A stretch of DNA of 64,000 nt from Chitinophagales bacterium. GTDB taxonomy: Bacteria; Bacteroidota; Bacteroidia; Chitinophagales; JADIYW01. The notes beneath the pieces are model-generated. The model saw only the letters and a program-made list of their open reading frames with translations, was not told where the DNA came from and ran no database searches. Location: contig JADKZZ010000042.1 in assembly GCA_020848475.1 (NCBI GenBank), positions 4,243 to 68,242 on the forward strand, written 5' to 3'. This document shows positions 29,336 through 40,400 of the stretch, in pieces. Numbering within the stretch: the first letter of the stretch is position 1; every line of letters begins with the position of its first letter. The position numbers and the translations under genes were made by a program.

Positions 29336-32300
29336 ATGTTTAGTAAATTCATACAAAGACCAGTACTGTCTATTGTAATATCGCTTATTATTGTGTTTTT
29401 AGGTGTCATTGCTATTTCACAATTACCTGTCACACAATTTCCATCTATCTCACCGCCTAAGGTAAATATTCTTACTGAATATCCAGGTGCTAATGGTGAA
29501 TTGATGATTAAATCAGTTATCATACCTTTAGAGCGCGCATTGAATGGTGTGCCAGGTATGAAGTATATGACTTCTGATGCTGGAAATGATGGAGAAGCCA
29601 ATATTCAAATAGTTTTCAATTTAGGCACAGATCCAAATGTAGCGGCATTAAATGTTCAAAATCGCGTTGCATCTGTAACTAATAAATTACCACCATTAGT
29701 TATTCGTGAAGGCGTAAAAGTATCACGTGAAGAATCAAATATGCTTTTATATGTCAATTTATTTAGCAAAGACACTAAAGCAGATCAGCGATTTTTATTC
29801 AACTACGCCGATATTAATTTATTGCCTGAATTAAAACGTGTAAACGGCGTTGGATATGCTGATATATTGGGCAACAGAGAATATGCCATGCGTATTTGGT
29901 TAAAACCTGACCGTATGTTAGCTTATAAAATCTCAACAGAAGAAGTGATGGAAGCACTGTCGAGTCAAAGTTTAGAAGCATCACCAGGAAAAACAGGAGA
30001 AAGCTCTGGAAAACGCTCGCAAGCATTTGAATATGTCATAAAATATACTGGCAGATTTACGACGGAAGAACAATATAAAAATGTAATTCTGAGAGCAAAT
30101 GCCGATGGTGAATTATTGCGACTTAAAGATATTGCTGACATTGAGTTTGGCAGTTCTATGTACGACATCTATTCGAATTTGAATGGACACCCATCTGCTG
30201 CAATCGTACTCAAACAATCGTATGGAATCAATGCTAGTCAAGTTATTAAAGATGTAAAAGCAAAATTGAAAGAACTGCAAAAAAGTTTTCCAAAAGGCAT
30301 GGAATATGAAATTAGCTATGATGTATCTACATTCTTAGATGCTTCCATAGAGAAAGTAGTACACACTTTGATTGAAGCATTTATTTTAGTAGGCATCGTT
30401 GTATTTCTATTTCTTGGTGATTGGCGTTCCACTTTAATACCAGCATTAGCAGTTCCTGTATCATTAATCGGAACATTTGCATTTATGCAATTATTTAATA
30501 TCACACTTAATCTCATTACCTTATTCGCTTTAGTATTAGCTATTGGTGTAGTAGTCGATGATGCAATTGTTGTAATTGAAGCAGTACATGCAAATATGGA
30601 AACCAAGCATCTTTCCGCCCGAAAGGCAACTGTTGAAGCATTAAAAGAAATTTCTGGTGCTATTATAGCTATCACTTTTTTGATGGCTGCAGTATTTATT
30701 CCTGTCGCATTTATGTCTGGTCCAGTCGGCTTGTTTTATAGGCAATTTTCCATCACCATGGCAACTGCAATTATACTTTCTGGTATAGTGGCACTAACGC
30801 TAACGCCAGCACTTTGCGCTATGATTTTGAAAAATAATCATGCTAATAAAAAGAAAGCAACTTTGGTCACAAAAAGCTTATTTTATTTCAATAACGCTTT
30901 CGATAAATCAGCATCAAAATTTGTACAATTCTTAGGCAAAGTAGTCAATAGACGTAGAATTACAGCACTCGTTTTATTGTTGTTTTGTGTGTTTACTTTT
31001 TTAATAAATAAAACTGTGCCAGCTGGTTTTATTCCTAATGAAGATCAAGGTATGTTTTATGCAATCATTCAAACACCACCAGGTTCTTCATTAGAACGAA
31101 CTAATGAAATTGCTGAACGTTTACAGAAAATTGCGGAACATATTGATGGCATCAAATCTGTTTCAGCGCTTGCAGGATATGAAATATTAACCGAAGGAAC
31201 AGGTGCAAATTCTGGAACTTGTTTAATCAATTTAAAAGATTGGAGTGAGCGCAAGCATAATGTCGTAGAAATTATTCAAGAACTTGAAAAAAAAACAAAA
31301 GACATCAGTGGTGCTACTATCGAATTTTTTCAACCACCAGCTGTTCCTGGTTATGGAGCTGCAGGTGGCTTTGAATTACGATTGCTAGATAAAACAGGAA
31401 ACAATAATTATAAAGAAATGGAAAATGTAAATAATGATTTCGTCAAAGCACTTTCCAAACGTCCTGAGTTGACATCAGTGTTTAGCTTTTATAGTGCAAG
31501 TTTTCCTCAATATATGCTAAAAGTGGATAATGATATTGCACAACAAAAAGGTGTAACTATAGAAAATGCCATGAGCACGCTTTCAACATTAATGGGCAGT
31601 AACTACGAAATCAGTTTTATAAAATTTGGTAGAATGTATAAAGTTATTGTACAAGCTGCTGCACAATATCGTGCATTGCCTGAAGATATTTTGAAATTGT
31701 ACGTCAAAAATAATAAAGACGAAATGGTGCCTTTTTCTGATTTTGTTTCCATGGAAAAAATATATGGCTTGTCTGAAACTACACGACATAATATGTACAA
31801 CTCTTCAGAAATAAGCGGTGCTGCAGCTCCTGGTTATAGCAGCGGCGAAGCCATTGATGTGATAAAAGAAGTAGCAGAAAAAAATCTACCTCGTGGTTAT
31901 GGAATCGATTGGGCTGGTATTTCCGCAGATGAAGTAGCACAAGGTAATCAGGCACTATATATTTTCTTGATTTGTTTGGGCTTTGTTTATCTCATTTTAG
32001 CTGGTCAATATGAAAGTTTTATTTTACCACTTTCTGTCATCTTGTGTTTGCCTGCCGGCATATTTGGAGCGTTCTTGTTTCTGAAAATATTTGGCTTAGA
32101 AAACAATATTTATGCGCAAGTAGCCATGGTCATGCTGATTGGTTTATTAGGTAAAAATGCTGTCTTAATTGTTGAGTTTGCTGCACTAAGACATAGTCAA
32201 GGTTTATCTATTTATAAAGCAACATTAGAAGGTGTGAAAGTACGTTTCAGACCCATCTTAATGACATCATTTGCATTTATAGCTGGTTTAATTCCATTAA

Positions 32301-32500
32301 TGTTTGCTACTGGTCCTGGCAGAATTGGTAATCGAACAATTGGTACTGCAGCAGCAGGTGGTATGTTCATCGGTACTCTCTTTGGTTTGTTTTTAATTCC
32401 TGGTTTGTACTTTATTTTTGGAACGATTGCCGCAAAATATCAACATATAAAAGACGAAGAAGAAAATCCATTAACAGAAGAAATTGACAATCATGCATAA
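29336..32500 (+). CDS. RND family efflux permease (AcrB/HAE1-like)
   Basis: The 1054-aa protein has an AcrB-like N-terminus (MFSKFIQRPVLSIVISLIIVFLG). It has 12-helix topology with two large periplasmic loops, and the motif ALVLAIGVVVDDAIVVIE in TM4. Confidence 0.95.
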   Translation: MFSKFIQRPVLSIVISLIIVFLGVIAISQLPVTQFPSISPPKVNILTEYPGANGELMIKSVIIPLERALNGVPGMKYMTSDAGNDGEANIQIVFNLGTDPNVAALNVQNRVASVTNKLPPLVIREGVKVSREESNMLLYVNLFSKDTKADQRFLFNYADINLLPELKRVNGVGYADILGNREYAMRIWLKPDRMLAYKISTEEVMEALSSQSLEASPGKTGESSGKRSQAFEYVIKYTGRFTTEEQYKNVILRANADGELLRLKDIADIEFGSSMYDIYSNLNGHPSAAIVLKQSYGINASQVIKDVKAKLKELQKSFPKGMEYEISYDVSTFLDASIEKVVHTLIEAFILVGIVVFLFLGDWRSTLIPALAVPVSLIGTFAFMQLFNITLNLITLFALVLAIGVVVDDAIVVIEAVHANMETKHLSARKATVEALKEISGAIIAITFLMAAVFIPVAFMSGPVGLFYRQFSITMATAIILSGIVALTLTPALCAMILKNNHANKKKATLVTKSLFYFNNAFDKSASKFVQFLGKVVNRRRITALVLLLFCVFTFLINKTVPAGFIPNEDQGMFYAIIQTPPGSSLERTNEIAERLQKIAEHIDGIKSVSALAGYEILTEGTGANSGTCLINLKDWSERKHNVVEIIQELEKKTKDISGATIEFFQPPAVPGYGAAGGFELRLLDKTGNNNYKEMENVNNDFVKALSKRPELTSVFSFYSASFPQYMLKVDNDIAQQKGVTIENAMSTLSTLMGSNYEISFIKFGRMYKVIVQAAAQYRALPEDILKLYVKNNKDEMVPFSDFVSMEKIYGLSETTRHNMYNSSEISGAAAPGYSSGEAIDVIKEVAEKNLPRGYGIDWAGISADEVAQGNQALYIFLICLGFVYLILAGQYESFILPLSVILCLPAGIFGAFLFLKIFGLENNIYAQVAMVMLIGLLGKNAVLIVEFAALRHSQGLSIYKATLEGVKVRFRPILMTSFAFIAGLIPLMFATGPGRIGNRTIGTAAAGGMFIGTLFGLFLIPGLYFIFGTIAAKYQHIKDEEENPLTEEIDNHA

Positions 32501-33929
32501 GAGAATAAAAATTTTCGGTTTATTAAGTATAATTATTTTACTTTTTACAAGTTGCAATATTCCAAAAGTAGTACAACGTGCAGAGAACACGACTACGCCA
32601 TTGACCTACAATAATAAAAATTCGTCAGATACTATCAATACTGCAACATTGTCTTGGCGTACCTTTTTTGCAGATTCTAATTTAGTGCATCTAATCGATA
32701 CTGCATTAGTGTACAACCAAGAGTTGATGAAAACTTTGCAAGAAATAGAAATTGCAAAAAATGATGTGCGTAGAAAAAAAGGAGCATTACTGCCAAGTGT
32801 AAACTATGGTTTTGATGTTGATGCAGATAAACCTGGGCGATATACGAGCCAAGGTGCAGGTGATGAAGCTACAAATATCACAGAAAATAAAAAGATACCA
32901 GTAATATTACCTAACGTCAAATTGGGATTGGATATGGAATGGGAAATTGATATTTGGAAGAAGTTGAGAAACTCAAAAAAAGCAGCCATTCAACGCTTTC
33001 TGGCTTCCGTTGAAGGTAAGAACTTTGTATTGACTAATTTAATTGCTGAAATCGCAAATTCTTATTATGAATTACTTGCATTAGACAATCAACTAGAAGT
33101 GATACAAAAAAATATCACGATTCAAAAAAATGCATTAGATGTGGTGAAATTGCAAAAAGAAGCTGCAAGAACAACAGAATTGGCTGTTCAAAAATTTGAA
33201 GCAGAAGTATATGGCACACAGAGTAAAGAATTTGAAATATTGCAACAAATTCGTGAAACAGAAAATCGCATCAACTTACTCACAGGTCGTTTTCCGACAA
33301 CAATACCAAGAACTTCTGAAAGTTTTGAAACAATGGTGCCAATGTTTGTTAGTGAAGGTATTCCAGCACAACTCTTGCAAAATAGACCTGATTTAAAACA
33401 AGCAGCCTTGGAATTGTCGGCAACTAAATTAGATGTAAAAGTGGCGAAAGCTGAATTTTATCCAACACTAAAAATTTCGGCAAGTTTAGGTTTAGAAGCA
33501 TTTAATCCAGCATTTTGGATTAAATTACCTGCTTCTATATTCGCCAATTTAGCAGCTGGTTTGTTGGGACCACTTTTTAATAGAAATGCCATCACAGCTG
33601 AATATTTAAATGCAAACGCAGAACAGAAAAAAGCTGTGTATAATTATGAACAACATATCTTGTCGGCCTACTTAGAAGTTTCTACACAGCTTTATGCAAT
33701 TGATAATTTGCAAAAAAACTATTCATATAAATCTTTGCAGATAGGTGCTTTAAACAAATCAATTGATATAGCTAATGATTTATTTAAAAATGCAAGAGCA
33801 GATTATTTTGAAGTGCTCATGACCCAACGCGATGCTTTGGAAACAAAATTAGAACTTATCGAAACTAAGAAAGAACAGTTAAATGCCGTAGTAAATCTTT
33901 ATAAAAGTTTAGGTGGCGGCTGGCATTAA
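32493..33929 (+). CDS. Efflux outer-membrane factor (TolC/NodT family lipoprotein)
   Basis: The ATG at 32493 overlaps the pump stop codon (ATGCATAA). The lipobox is LLFTSC, and the protein ends with the OMF-typical LYKSLGGGW. Confidence 0.9.
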   Translation: MHKRIKIFGLLSIIILLFTSCNIPKVVQRAENTTTPLTYNNKNSSDTINTATLSWRTFFADSNLVHLIDTALVYNQELMKTLQEIEIAKNDVRRKKGALLPSVNYGFDVDADKPGRYTSQGAGDEATNITENKKIPVILPNVKLGLDMEWEIDIWKKLRNSKKAAIQRFLASVEGKNFVLTNLIAEIANSYYELLALDNQLEVIQKNITIQKNALDVVKLQKEAARTTELAVQKFEAEVYGTQSKEFEILQQIRETENRINLLTGRFPTTIPRTSESFETMVPMFVSEGIPAQLLQNRPDLKQAALELSATKLDVKVAKAEFYPTLKISASLGLEAFNPAFWIKLPASIFANLAAGLLGPLFNRNAITAEYLNANAEQKKAVYNYEQHILSAYLEVSTQLYAIDNLQKNYSYKSLQIGALNKSIDIANDLFKNARADYFEVLMTQRDALETKLELIETKKEQLNAVVNLYKSLGGGWH

Positions 33930-33990
33930 TTTACGATTTGTTTGATATCTACAACGTAATATTTTTTATATAGAAGGCATAATTTTTTTA

Positions 33991-34584
33991 TTAACTACAG
34001 ACTACTATTTTCTTGGTTTCAAAAAAATCTTCTTCAAATTGATCTTTTAGATCATAGATGCGTATGTTTTTTTTGATGCCTTCTAATTCTTCTTTCAGAT
34101 CGCCGCCTTTCAGTGCAATAATTTTTTTAGCATGCATTTTTTTGCTCCAAAAAATTATATCTTTCATTGGCGCCACAGCACGCGTTACCACATAGTCAAC
34201 ATCTTGTTGTATGCTTTCCGCTCTGCAGGTAATGGCTTCTACATTTTGTAAAGATAATGCGTTGACAACTTCATTGACAACTAGAATTTTTTTTGAAATA
34301 GAATCTGATAAAATAAAAAATGATTCTGGAAAAAGAATGGCTAGTGGAATGCCTGGAAAACCGCCACCTGTGCCAATATCTACAATTTTTTCACCTTTTT
34401 CAAATTGTATAACTTTGGCAATGGATAAGGAATGCAAAACATGTCGTTCATAAAAATTAGCTACATCTTTCCTAGATATTACATTTATTTTTTCATTCCA
34501 TTCACGATATAATGGCAATAATTGCTCTAATTGATGAAGTTGTGTTGGAGTTAAATTAGGAAAATATTTTTTGATGATTTGCAT
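33991..34584 (-). CDS. rsmG: 16S rRNA (guanine527-N7)-methyltransferase
   Basis: The segments WNEKINVISRKD...HVLHSL and the SAM-binding motif DIGTGGGFPGIPLAI are present. Confidence 0.9.
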   Translation of the reverse strand: MQIIKKYFPNLTPTQLHQLEQLLPLYREWNEKINVISRKDVANFYERHVLHSLSIAKVIQFEKGEKIVDIGTGGGFPGIPLAILFPESFFILSDSISKKILVVNEVVNALSLQNVEAITCRAESIQQDVDYVVTRAVAPMKDIIFWSKKMHAKKIIALKGGDLKEELEGIKKNIRIYDLKDQFEEDFFETKKIVVCS

Positions 34585-34593
34585 ACTATTAAT

Positions 34594-35778
34594 TTATGGT
34601 GCAGTATAGGAAAAAAGAGAATAGTTCTTGTTTATAAAATCGGAGTAGCATCTTGTTATTTCCGATGCAGATTGACCTACCATATCAAGAGATGAAGGAA
34701 ACATTGTTGGCGGAATATTTAATTTGCTTAAAGTACTCGAACTTAATGCATCTCTATTGCCATTGTATTGATAGTAGGAATAATTAAAAGCAGTATTTCC
34801 TGTGCATCTGTCTTGCTTTTGTATTTGTCTAGTCGATGCATTATATATAGTAGCATCACTAAATACTTGCGCAGTTTTGCTCATTCGTGTTTCACGCACT
34901 TGGCATGATATTTTTTTATATTTCTGCACTTTTATGTCATTACCTAAAGAGTCTTTTTTTACATTTCCTCTATCGTCTAATACATATTGCCAACCATCAG
35001 CAATTGTTTTATCTTCGGTATAATTGTATTCTTTGAGAATATCAGGTGATACTTGTATGTCGTAGATATTTAACTTCACTACATAATCATATTCTTTATT
35101 GCTGTTTTTATAATTTTCTATTTCTACCCAAGTATTGTTTTTTGTAATTTTTATATTGTTTAAAATTTGTTGTTCAAATGCTGGTGGCACTAATAAAGCA
35201 GGATTTTTATCTATAAGTATCAACACATGATTTTTTCCTCTAATTTTTGCTTGCTCAATTAATTCGTTTACATCTTTATAATTGATAAAAAATTTTGTCG
35301 AAGCAGTGAAATAATCAACAGACTCACGTATCGCACTTTTTTTTCCACTGTTATAAAGTTTCAACCCTTGATCGTAATAATATTGTGCAGCATTAAGTTT
35401 TGATTCTTCCAATACATTTCCAAAATTAAAAGTCTCTATTTTTGCCTCTTCTCCATTTGTGTAATGTAATGGTAATAGACGCAATACTTCATTTTGTCTA
35501 TTATTTATTTTTGTGTATAAATTGAAAATTTCTTCCCATCGCTCACCATTATTGATAGATTTTAATAAAAGTACTTGCTGCTTGTCGCGTTCGAATGCAG
35601 CATTGTAGGATTGCTCAAACATGGACAGCTCATTATCATCAAAATTATTTTCTTTTAAGAAAAGTGTAATCACTTTATCATAATCTTTACTTTCAAAACT
35701 TTTCTTTATGCTCTGACAGGAATTAAATATCACAATAGTCATAAAAAGCAAAGTGGAGCTGCAAATGTTTTTCATCAT
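34594..35778 (-). CDS. Hypothetical lipoprotein (394 aa)
   Basis: The signal peptide carries the lipobox IFNSC. I recognise no family motif. Confidence 0.6.
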   Translation of the reverse strand: MMKNICSSTLLFMTIVIFNSCQSIKKSFESKDYDKVITLFLKENNFDDNELSMFEQSYNAAFERDKQQVLLLKSINNGERWEEIFNLYTKINNRQNEVLRLLPLHYTNGEEAKIETFNFGNVLEESKLNAAQYYYDQGLKLYNSGKKSAIRESVDYFTASTKFFINYKDVNELIEQAKIRGKNHVLILIDKNPALLVPPAFEQQILNNIKITKNNTWVEIENYKNSNKEYDYVVKLNIYDIQVSPDILKEYNYTEDKTIADGWQYVLDDRGNVKKDSLGNDIKVQKYKKISCQVRETRMSKTAQVFSDATIYNASTRQIQKQDRCTGNTAFNYSYYQYNGNRDALSSSTLSKLNIPPTMFPSSLDMVGQSASEITRCYSDFINKNYSLFSYTAP

Positions 35779-36029
35779 TTTTTATTCTTAAAATAGACTG
35801 TTAAAAATCGTACCAAATTATAAAAAATAGACGCTAAAACTGAAATTTGAATAATAAAGTTCCCGAATATTAACACAAAACCTAAATAAATGTTAAGAGT
35901 ACATTAAATTCTGTTTTTTTATAATCACAAGTCATTCTATAAATATTGATAATCAATAAAGTGTATACTATTTATATTGATTCTAAATAGTAAATTATCA
36001 ACACTTTAGGAGTTTTAGTAGCTGAATAC

Positions 36030-36037
36030 TATATTTG
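36030..36037 (+). promoter_or_regulatory. Candidate -7 promoter box (TATATTTG) for the ACIII/oxidase supercluster
   Basis: The sequence matches TAnnTTTG exactly and lies 25 nt upstream of the actA ATG at 36062. Confidence 0.4.
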
Positions 36038-36061
36038 CAACCGAGAAAAATTAGATAAATA

Positions 36062-37351
36062 ATGCATTCTTGTAAACCAATCAGAAAAATCCTCGCTCTA
36101 TTAGTATTCCTACTGCTTCTTACTCAAAGTACATCTACATTCGCAGCATTTGCTGTGCCAGACGTAGCTGCTACTGATGCTGCAGGTGTTGAAAAAGTGA
36201 AGTCAGGTATGACGCTATTTAAAGCGAATTGTACAGCTTGTCACGCACTAGACAGAAAAGTTGTCGGTCCAGCACTTGCAGGTGTTTGGGAAAAATGGGA
36301 AAGTGAAGAAAAATTTGTTCACTGGGTACAAAATCCGGCAAAACTTATTGCAAGCGGCGATGCGTATGCGAATAAAATCTTTAACGAGAATAATAAAGTA
36401 ATGATGACCGCATTCCCGACATTGAGTGCTGATCAAATCAAAGACATTTTATTATACTTAAAAAATCCAGCTGCAGCAGAGCCAGCAAAAGCACCTGCTG
36501 CTGATGCTACAGCTTCAAGTTCAAGTGGTGCTGCTACTGGTGACAAAGGTTCTTCTAATTGGTATGTTTGGATTTTGGCAGCTTTCTTAGCTGTTTTAGC
36601 ATTATTATTATGGAGTGTTACATCGAAATTAGATAAAGCAGTTAAAGAAAAAGCAGGAGAAAAAGTTGAAGACGAGTCATTAACTAAAAAATTATTTAGC
36701 AATAAAACACTTAAAGTATTATTATTGATTGGTTCAATTTTATTAGTGTTTAATATCTTTAATGGTGCAATAGATTTAGGTCGCTCTCAAGGCTATGCTC
36801 CTGATCAACCAATCAAATTCTCACATGCATTACACGTAGGTCAAAATCAAATCGAGTGTCAATATTGTCATACAGGTGTTGAAAAAAGCCGTCATGCAAG
36901 TATTCCTGGTACGCAAATTTGTATGAACTGCCACAAATATGTTCAGCAAGGACCAAAATTTGGTAAAGATGAAATAGCAAAAATTTATGACTATTCTGGC
37001 TGGGATCCTGATAAAGGTAAATTCGTAAAAGCACCAAAAAATATCGAATGGGTGAAAATTCATAACTTACCAGACCATGTTTACTTCAACCACTCACAAC
37101 ACGTAAAAGTTGGCGGAATCGATTGTAAAACTTGCCACGGTAAAGTAGAAGAGTACGAAGTAATGAAACAATTTGCTCCTCTATCAATGGGCTGGTGTAT
37201 CAATTGCCACAGACAAACGGAAGTGAAATTTGCAGATAATAATTACTACTCTATATTCCAAAAATATAAAGCAGAATTGAAAAAAGGTACAAAAGCAAAA
37301 GTAACAGTAGCAGATATCGGTGGTACGGAATGTCAAAAATGTCACTATTAA
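36062..37351 (+). CDS. actA: Alternative complex III subunit ActA (multiheme cytochrome c) with an extra N-terminal monoheme cytochrome c domain
   Basis: Six CXXCH motifs are present: CTACH, CQYCH, CMNCH, CKTCH, CINCH and CQKCH. Membrane helices separate the first motif from the other five. It is the first gene of an actBCDEF-containing operon. Confidence 0.85.
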   Translation: MHSCKPIRKILALLVFLLLLTQSTSTFAAFAVPDVAATDAAGVEKVKSGMTLFKANCTACHALDRKVVGPALAGVWEKWESEEKFVHWVQNPAKLIASGDAYANKIFNENNKVMMTAFPTLSADQIKDILLYLKNPAAAEPAKAPAADATASSSSGAATGDKGSSNWYVWILAAFLAVLALLLWSVTSKLDKAVKEKAGEKVEDESLTKKLFSNKTLKVLLLIGSILLVFNIFNGAIDLGRSQGYAPDQPIKFSHALHVGQNQIECQYCHTGVEKSRHASIPGTQICMNCHKYVQQGPKFGKDEIAKIYDYSGWDPDKGKFVKAPKNIEWVKIHNLPDHVYFNHSQHVKVGGIDCKTCHGKVEEYEVMKQFAPLSMGWCINCHRQTEVKFADNNYYSIFQKYKAELKKGTKAKVTVADIGGTECQKCHY

Positions 37352-37411
37352 AATAAAGACGAAATACGCCTTCATATAAATTAAATATAAACGTTATAAC
37401 ATTATATATAA

Positions 37412-40400
37412 ATGAGTAACAAAAAATATTGGACGAGTTTAGATGAGTTAAACAATACTCCTCAATACCAAGAGTCAGCAGCAGTTGAATTTAAAGATGC
37501 AACAGAAAACGATATTGCTGAAGAACAAAGCCAAGGCGGTACTAATCGTCGCGACTTCTTAAAAGTAATGGGTTTTAGTGTGTCGGCAGCTGCATTGGCA
37601 TCTGCTTGTAAAATTCCTACACACAAAGCAATTCCTTATACAATCGATTTGAGAAAGCAAGTGCCAGAAGTAGTTCCAGGCGTTGCTGATTATTTTGCTT
37701 CTTCATTTACAGATGGCACTGACTTTGTAAATATTTTAGTGAAAACACGTGAAGGAAGACCTATTAAAATTGAACCGAATAACGATTCTCCTTTAGGTGG
37801 CACAACAGCACATTCTGAAGCATCTGTGTTGAGTCTATATGATACAACAAGATTGGCTACGCCAACACAAAAAAATAAAAAAGCGGACTGGAAATCTGTC
37901 GATGCTGATGTAACACAAAAATTAAATGCTATCGCAGCTAGTGGTGGCAAGATTGCTATCGTTACAGGTACTATTACTTCTGTAGTTACGAAAAAAGCTA
38001 TTGAGAAATTTGTAGCGAAATATCCAAGCACTACAGTGGTGGCTTATGATGCTGTATCTAATTATGCTACTCGTAAAGCAAATCAGATAAGTGTTGGTGC
38101 TGCAATTATTCCTACAATTCACTTCGATAAAGCAGAAGTAATTGTTGGTTTTAACTCAGATTTTATTGGTACTGGCATATCTGCACTTTCTAATGTAAAA
38201 AAATACATCGCTAACAGAGTACCAAGTAAGGAAAATCCTAAAATGTCGCGTCACCACCAGTTCCAATCTAATGTGACAATAACTGGCTCTAACGCAGATT
38301 ATAAATATCCAATTAAACCTTCAGAAGAAAAACAAGCACTTATTAACTTATATGCTGAAATTGGTGGATCTATTTCTGGTGTTAAAACACTAAGCGGAAA
38401 AGATGCAAATGATGGTATCAAAAAAGTGGCAAAAGAATTATTGGCAGCAAAAGGAAAATCTGTAGTAATCTCTGATACAAATGATGTTGATGTACAATTG
38501 CTAGTAAATGCTATCAATGCAACATTAGGAAATTACGGTACAGTAATAGATACAGCAAATACATCTAACTTAAAAGCAGGTAATGATGAAGCTTTAGCAG
38601 CGCTTGCTAACGACTTAAAAGCAGGTGCATACAAAGGTATCATCTTCTTAAATGCTAATCCTGTTTATAATACACCATACGCAGATATTTTTAAAGAGGC
38701 TATCAAAAAAGCTGAATTATCAATATCTACCGCTGACAGACCAGATGAAACAGCGCAGTTTTGTACTTATGTTTGCCCAGATAATAACTATTTAGAGTCT
38801 TGGGATATTATATCTCCAGTTACTGGATTCTATGGTTTTGTTCAGCCTGCTATTTCTCCATTATTCGATACTCGCCAAACAGCTGCAACTTTGTTAACTT
38901 GGGCTGGTGATACTACTCCAATCGCTGAAGTTGTACAAGCGGAAGTGGCTACTATTACAGGTGCTAACTATCGTGCTGCTGTTCAAGCAGGTTTCTATGG
39001 TAGTATTGGCTTAGCTGGTGGCGCAAGTGCAAACGCTGCAAGTGCAATTGCTGCTTTAAGTACTGCAACAGCAAGTGCTGCAAACGGTTTAGAAGTAGTA
39101 TTCTATGAGAAATCAGGTGTTGGCGATGGCTCATTTGCAAATAATCCATTCTTACAAGAAATGCCTGATCCAATTACTAAAGTAACTTGGGATAACTATG
39201 TTTGCGTTCCTTATTCATTTGCAAAAGAAAAAGGCATCGATGCTCAACCAGCTGAAAAAAATGTACCAATTGCAAAAGTTACAATTAATGGTAAAACGTT
39301 AGAGTTACCTGTTGTTGTTCAATTTGGCCAAGCTCAAAATACATTAGCAATCGCTGTTGGTTATGGTCGCGAAAAAGCTGGCCCTGCAGGCGATGCTGTT
39401 GGTAAAAATGTCTATACATTGCTAAAAGCAGTGAATGGTGTTACATCATTTTCTACAAGTGGTGCAACATTTGAACTAACAGGTAAAGAATACCAATTAG
39501 GTTTAAATCAAACCTATCACACATTGATGGAAGATAATTCACTTCCAATGCGTGAAAAAAGATATAGAGGCTCTATCGTTAAAGAAACAACATTATCAGA
39601 TTATGCTAAAAATGAAAAATCTGGTAACGAAGACAGAGAGCACATCAAAGAACATTTCAGTCACTCATTATACGACGGCTATAAACCAAATGACTACAAA
39701 CAAGGTCATCACTGGGGTATGGTGGTTGATTTGAATGCATGTATTGGTTGTGGTGCTTGTGTAGTCGCTTGTAGCATCGAAAATAACGTTCCTGTTGTTG
39801 GTAGAAGACAAGTTTACCGCTCTCAAGAAATGCACTGGTTACGTATCGATAGATATTATAGTGGAAATCCAGATAATCCAGATGTGGCCTTCCAACCGAT
39901 GATGTGCCAACACTGTAACAATGCTCCTTGTGAGAATGTTTGTCCAGTAAATGCAACAAATCATAGTTCTGATGGTTTGAACCAAATGGCATATAACAGA
40001 TGTATCGGTACAAGATATTGTGCAAACAACTGTCCATATAAAGTACGTCGTTTTAACTGGTTAGATTACCAAGGTGTAGATAGTTTCGGTACATTCAATG
40101 ATGGTAAAATGTCATTCACAGATACACAAGCTCAATCTTATATGTTTGAAGATTTAACACGTATGGTATTAAATCCAGATGTTGTTACGCGCTCACGTGG
40201 TGTTATCGAAAAATGCTCATTCTGTATCCAACGTATCCAAGAAGGTAAATTGACAGCTAAGAAAGAAGGTCGTCCAGTTAAAGATGGCGATATCAAATCT
40301 GCATGTCAAACAGCATGTTCAACAAATGCAATCATCTTTGGTGACCAAAATGATAAAGAAAGTGTGGTAGCAAAAACATTTGACACGAGTGGAAGAAATT

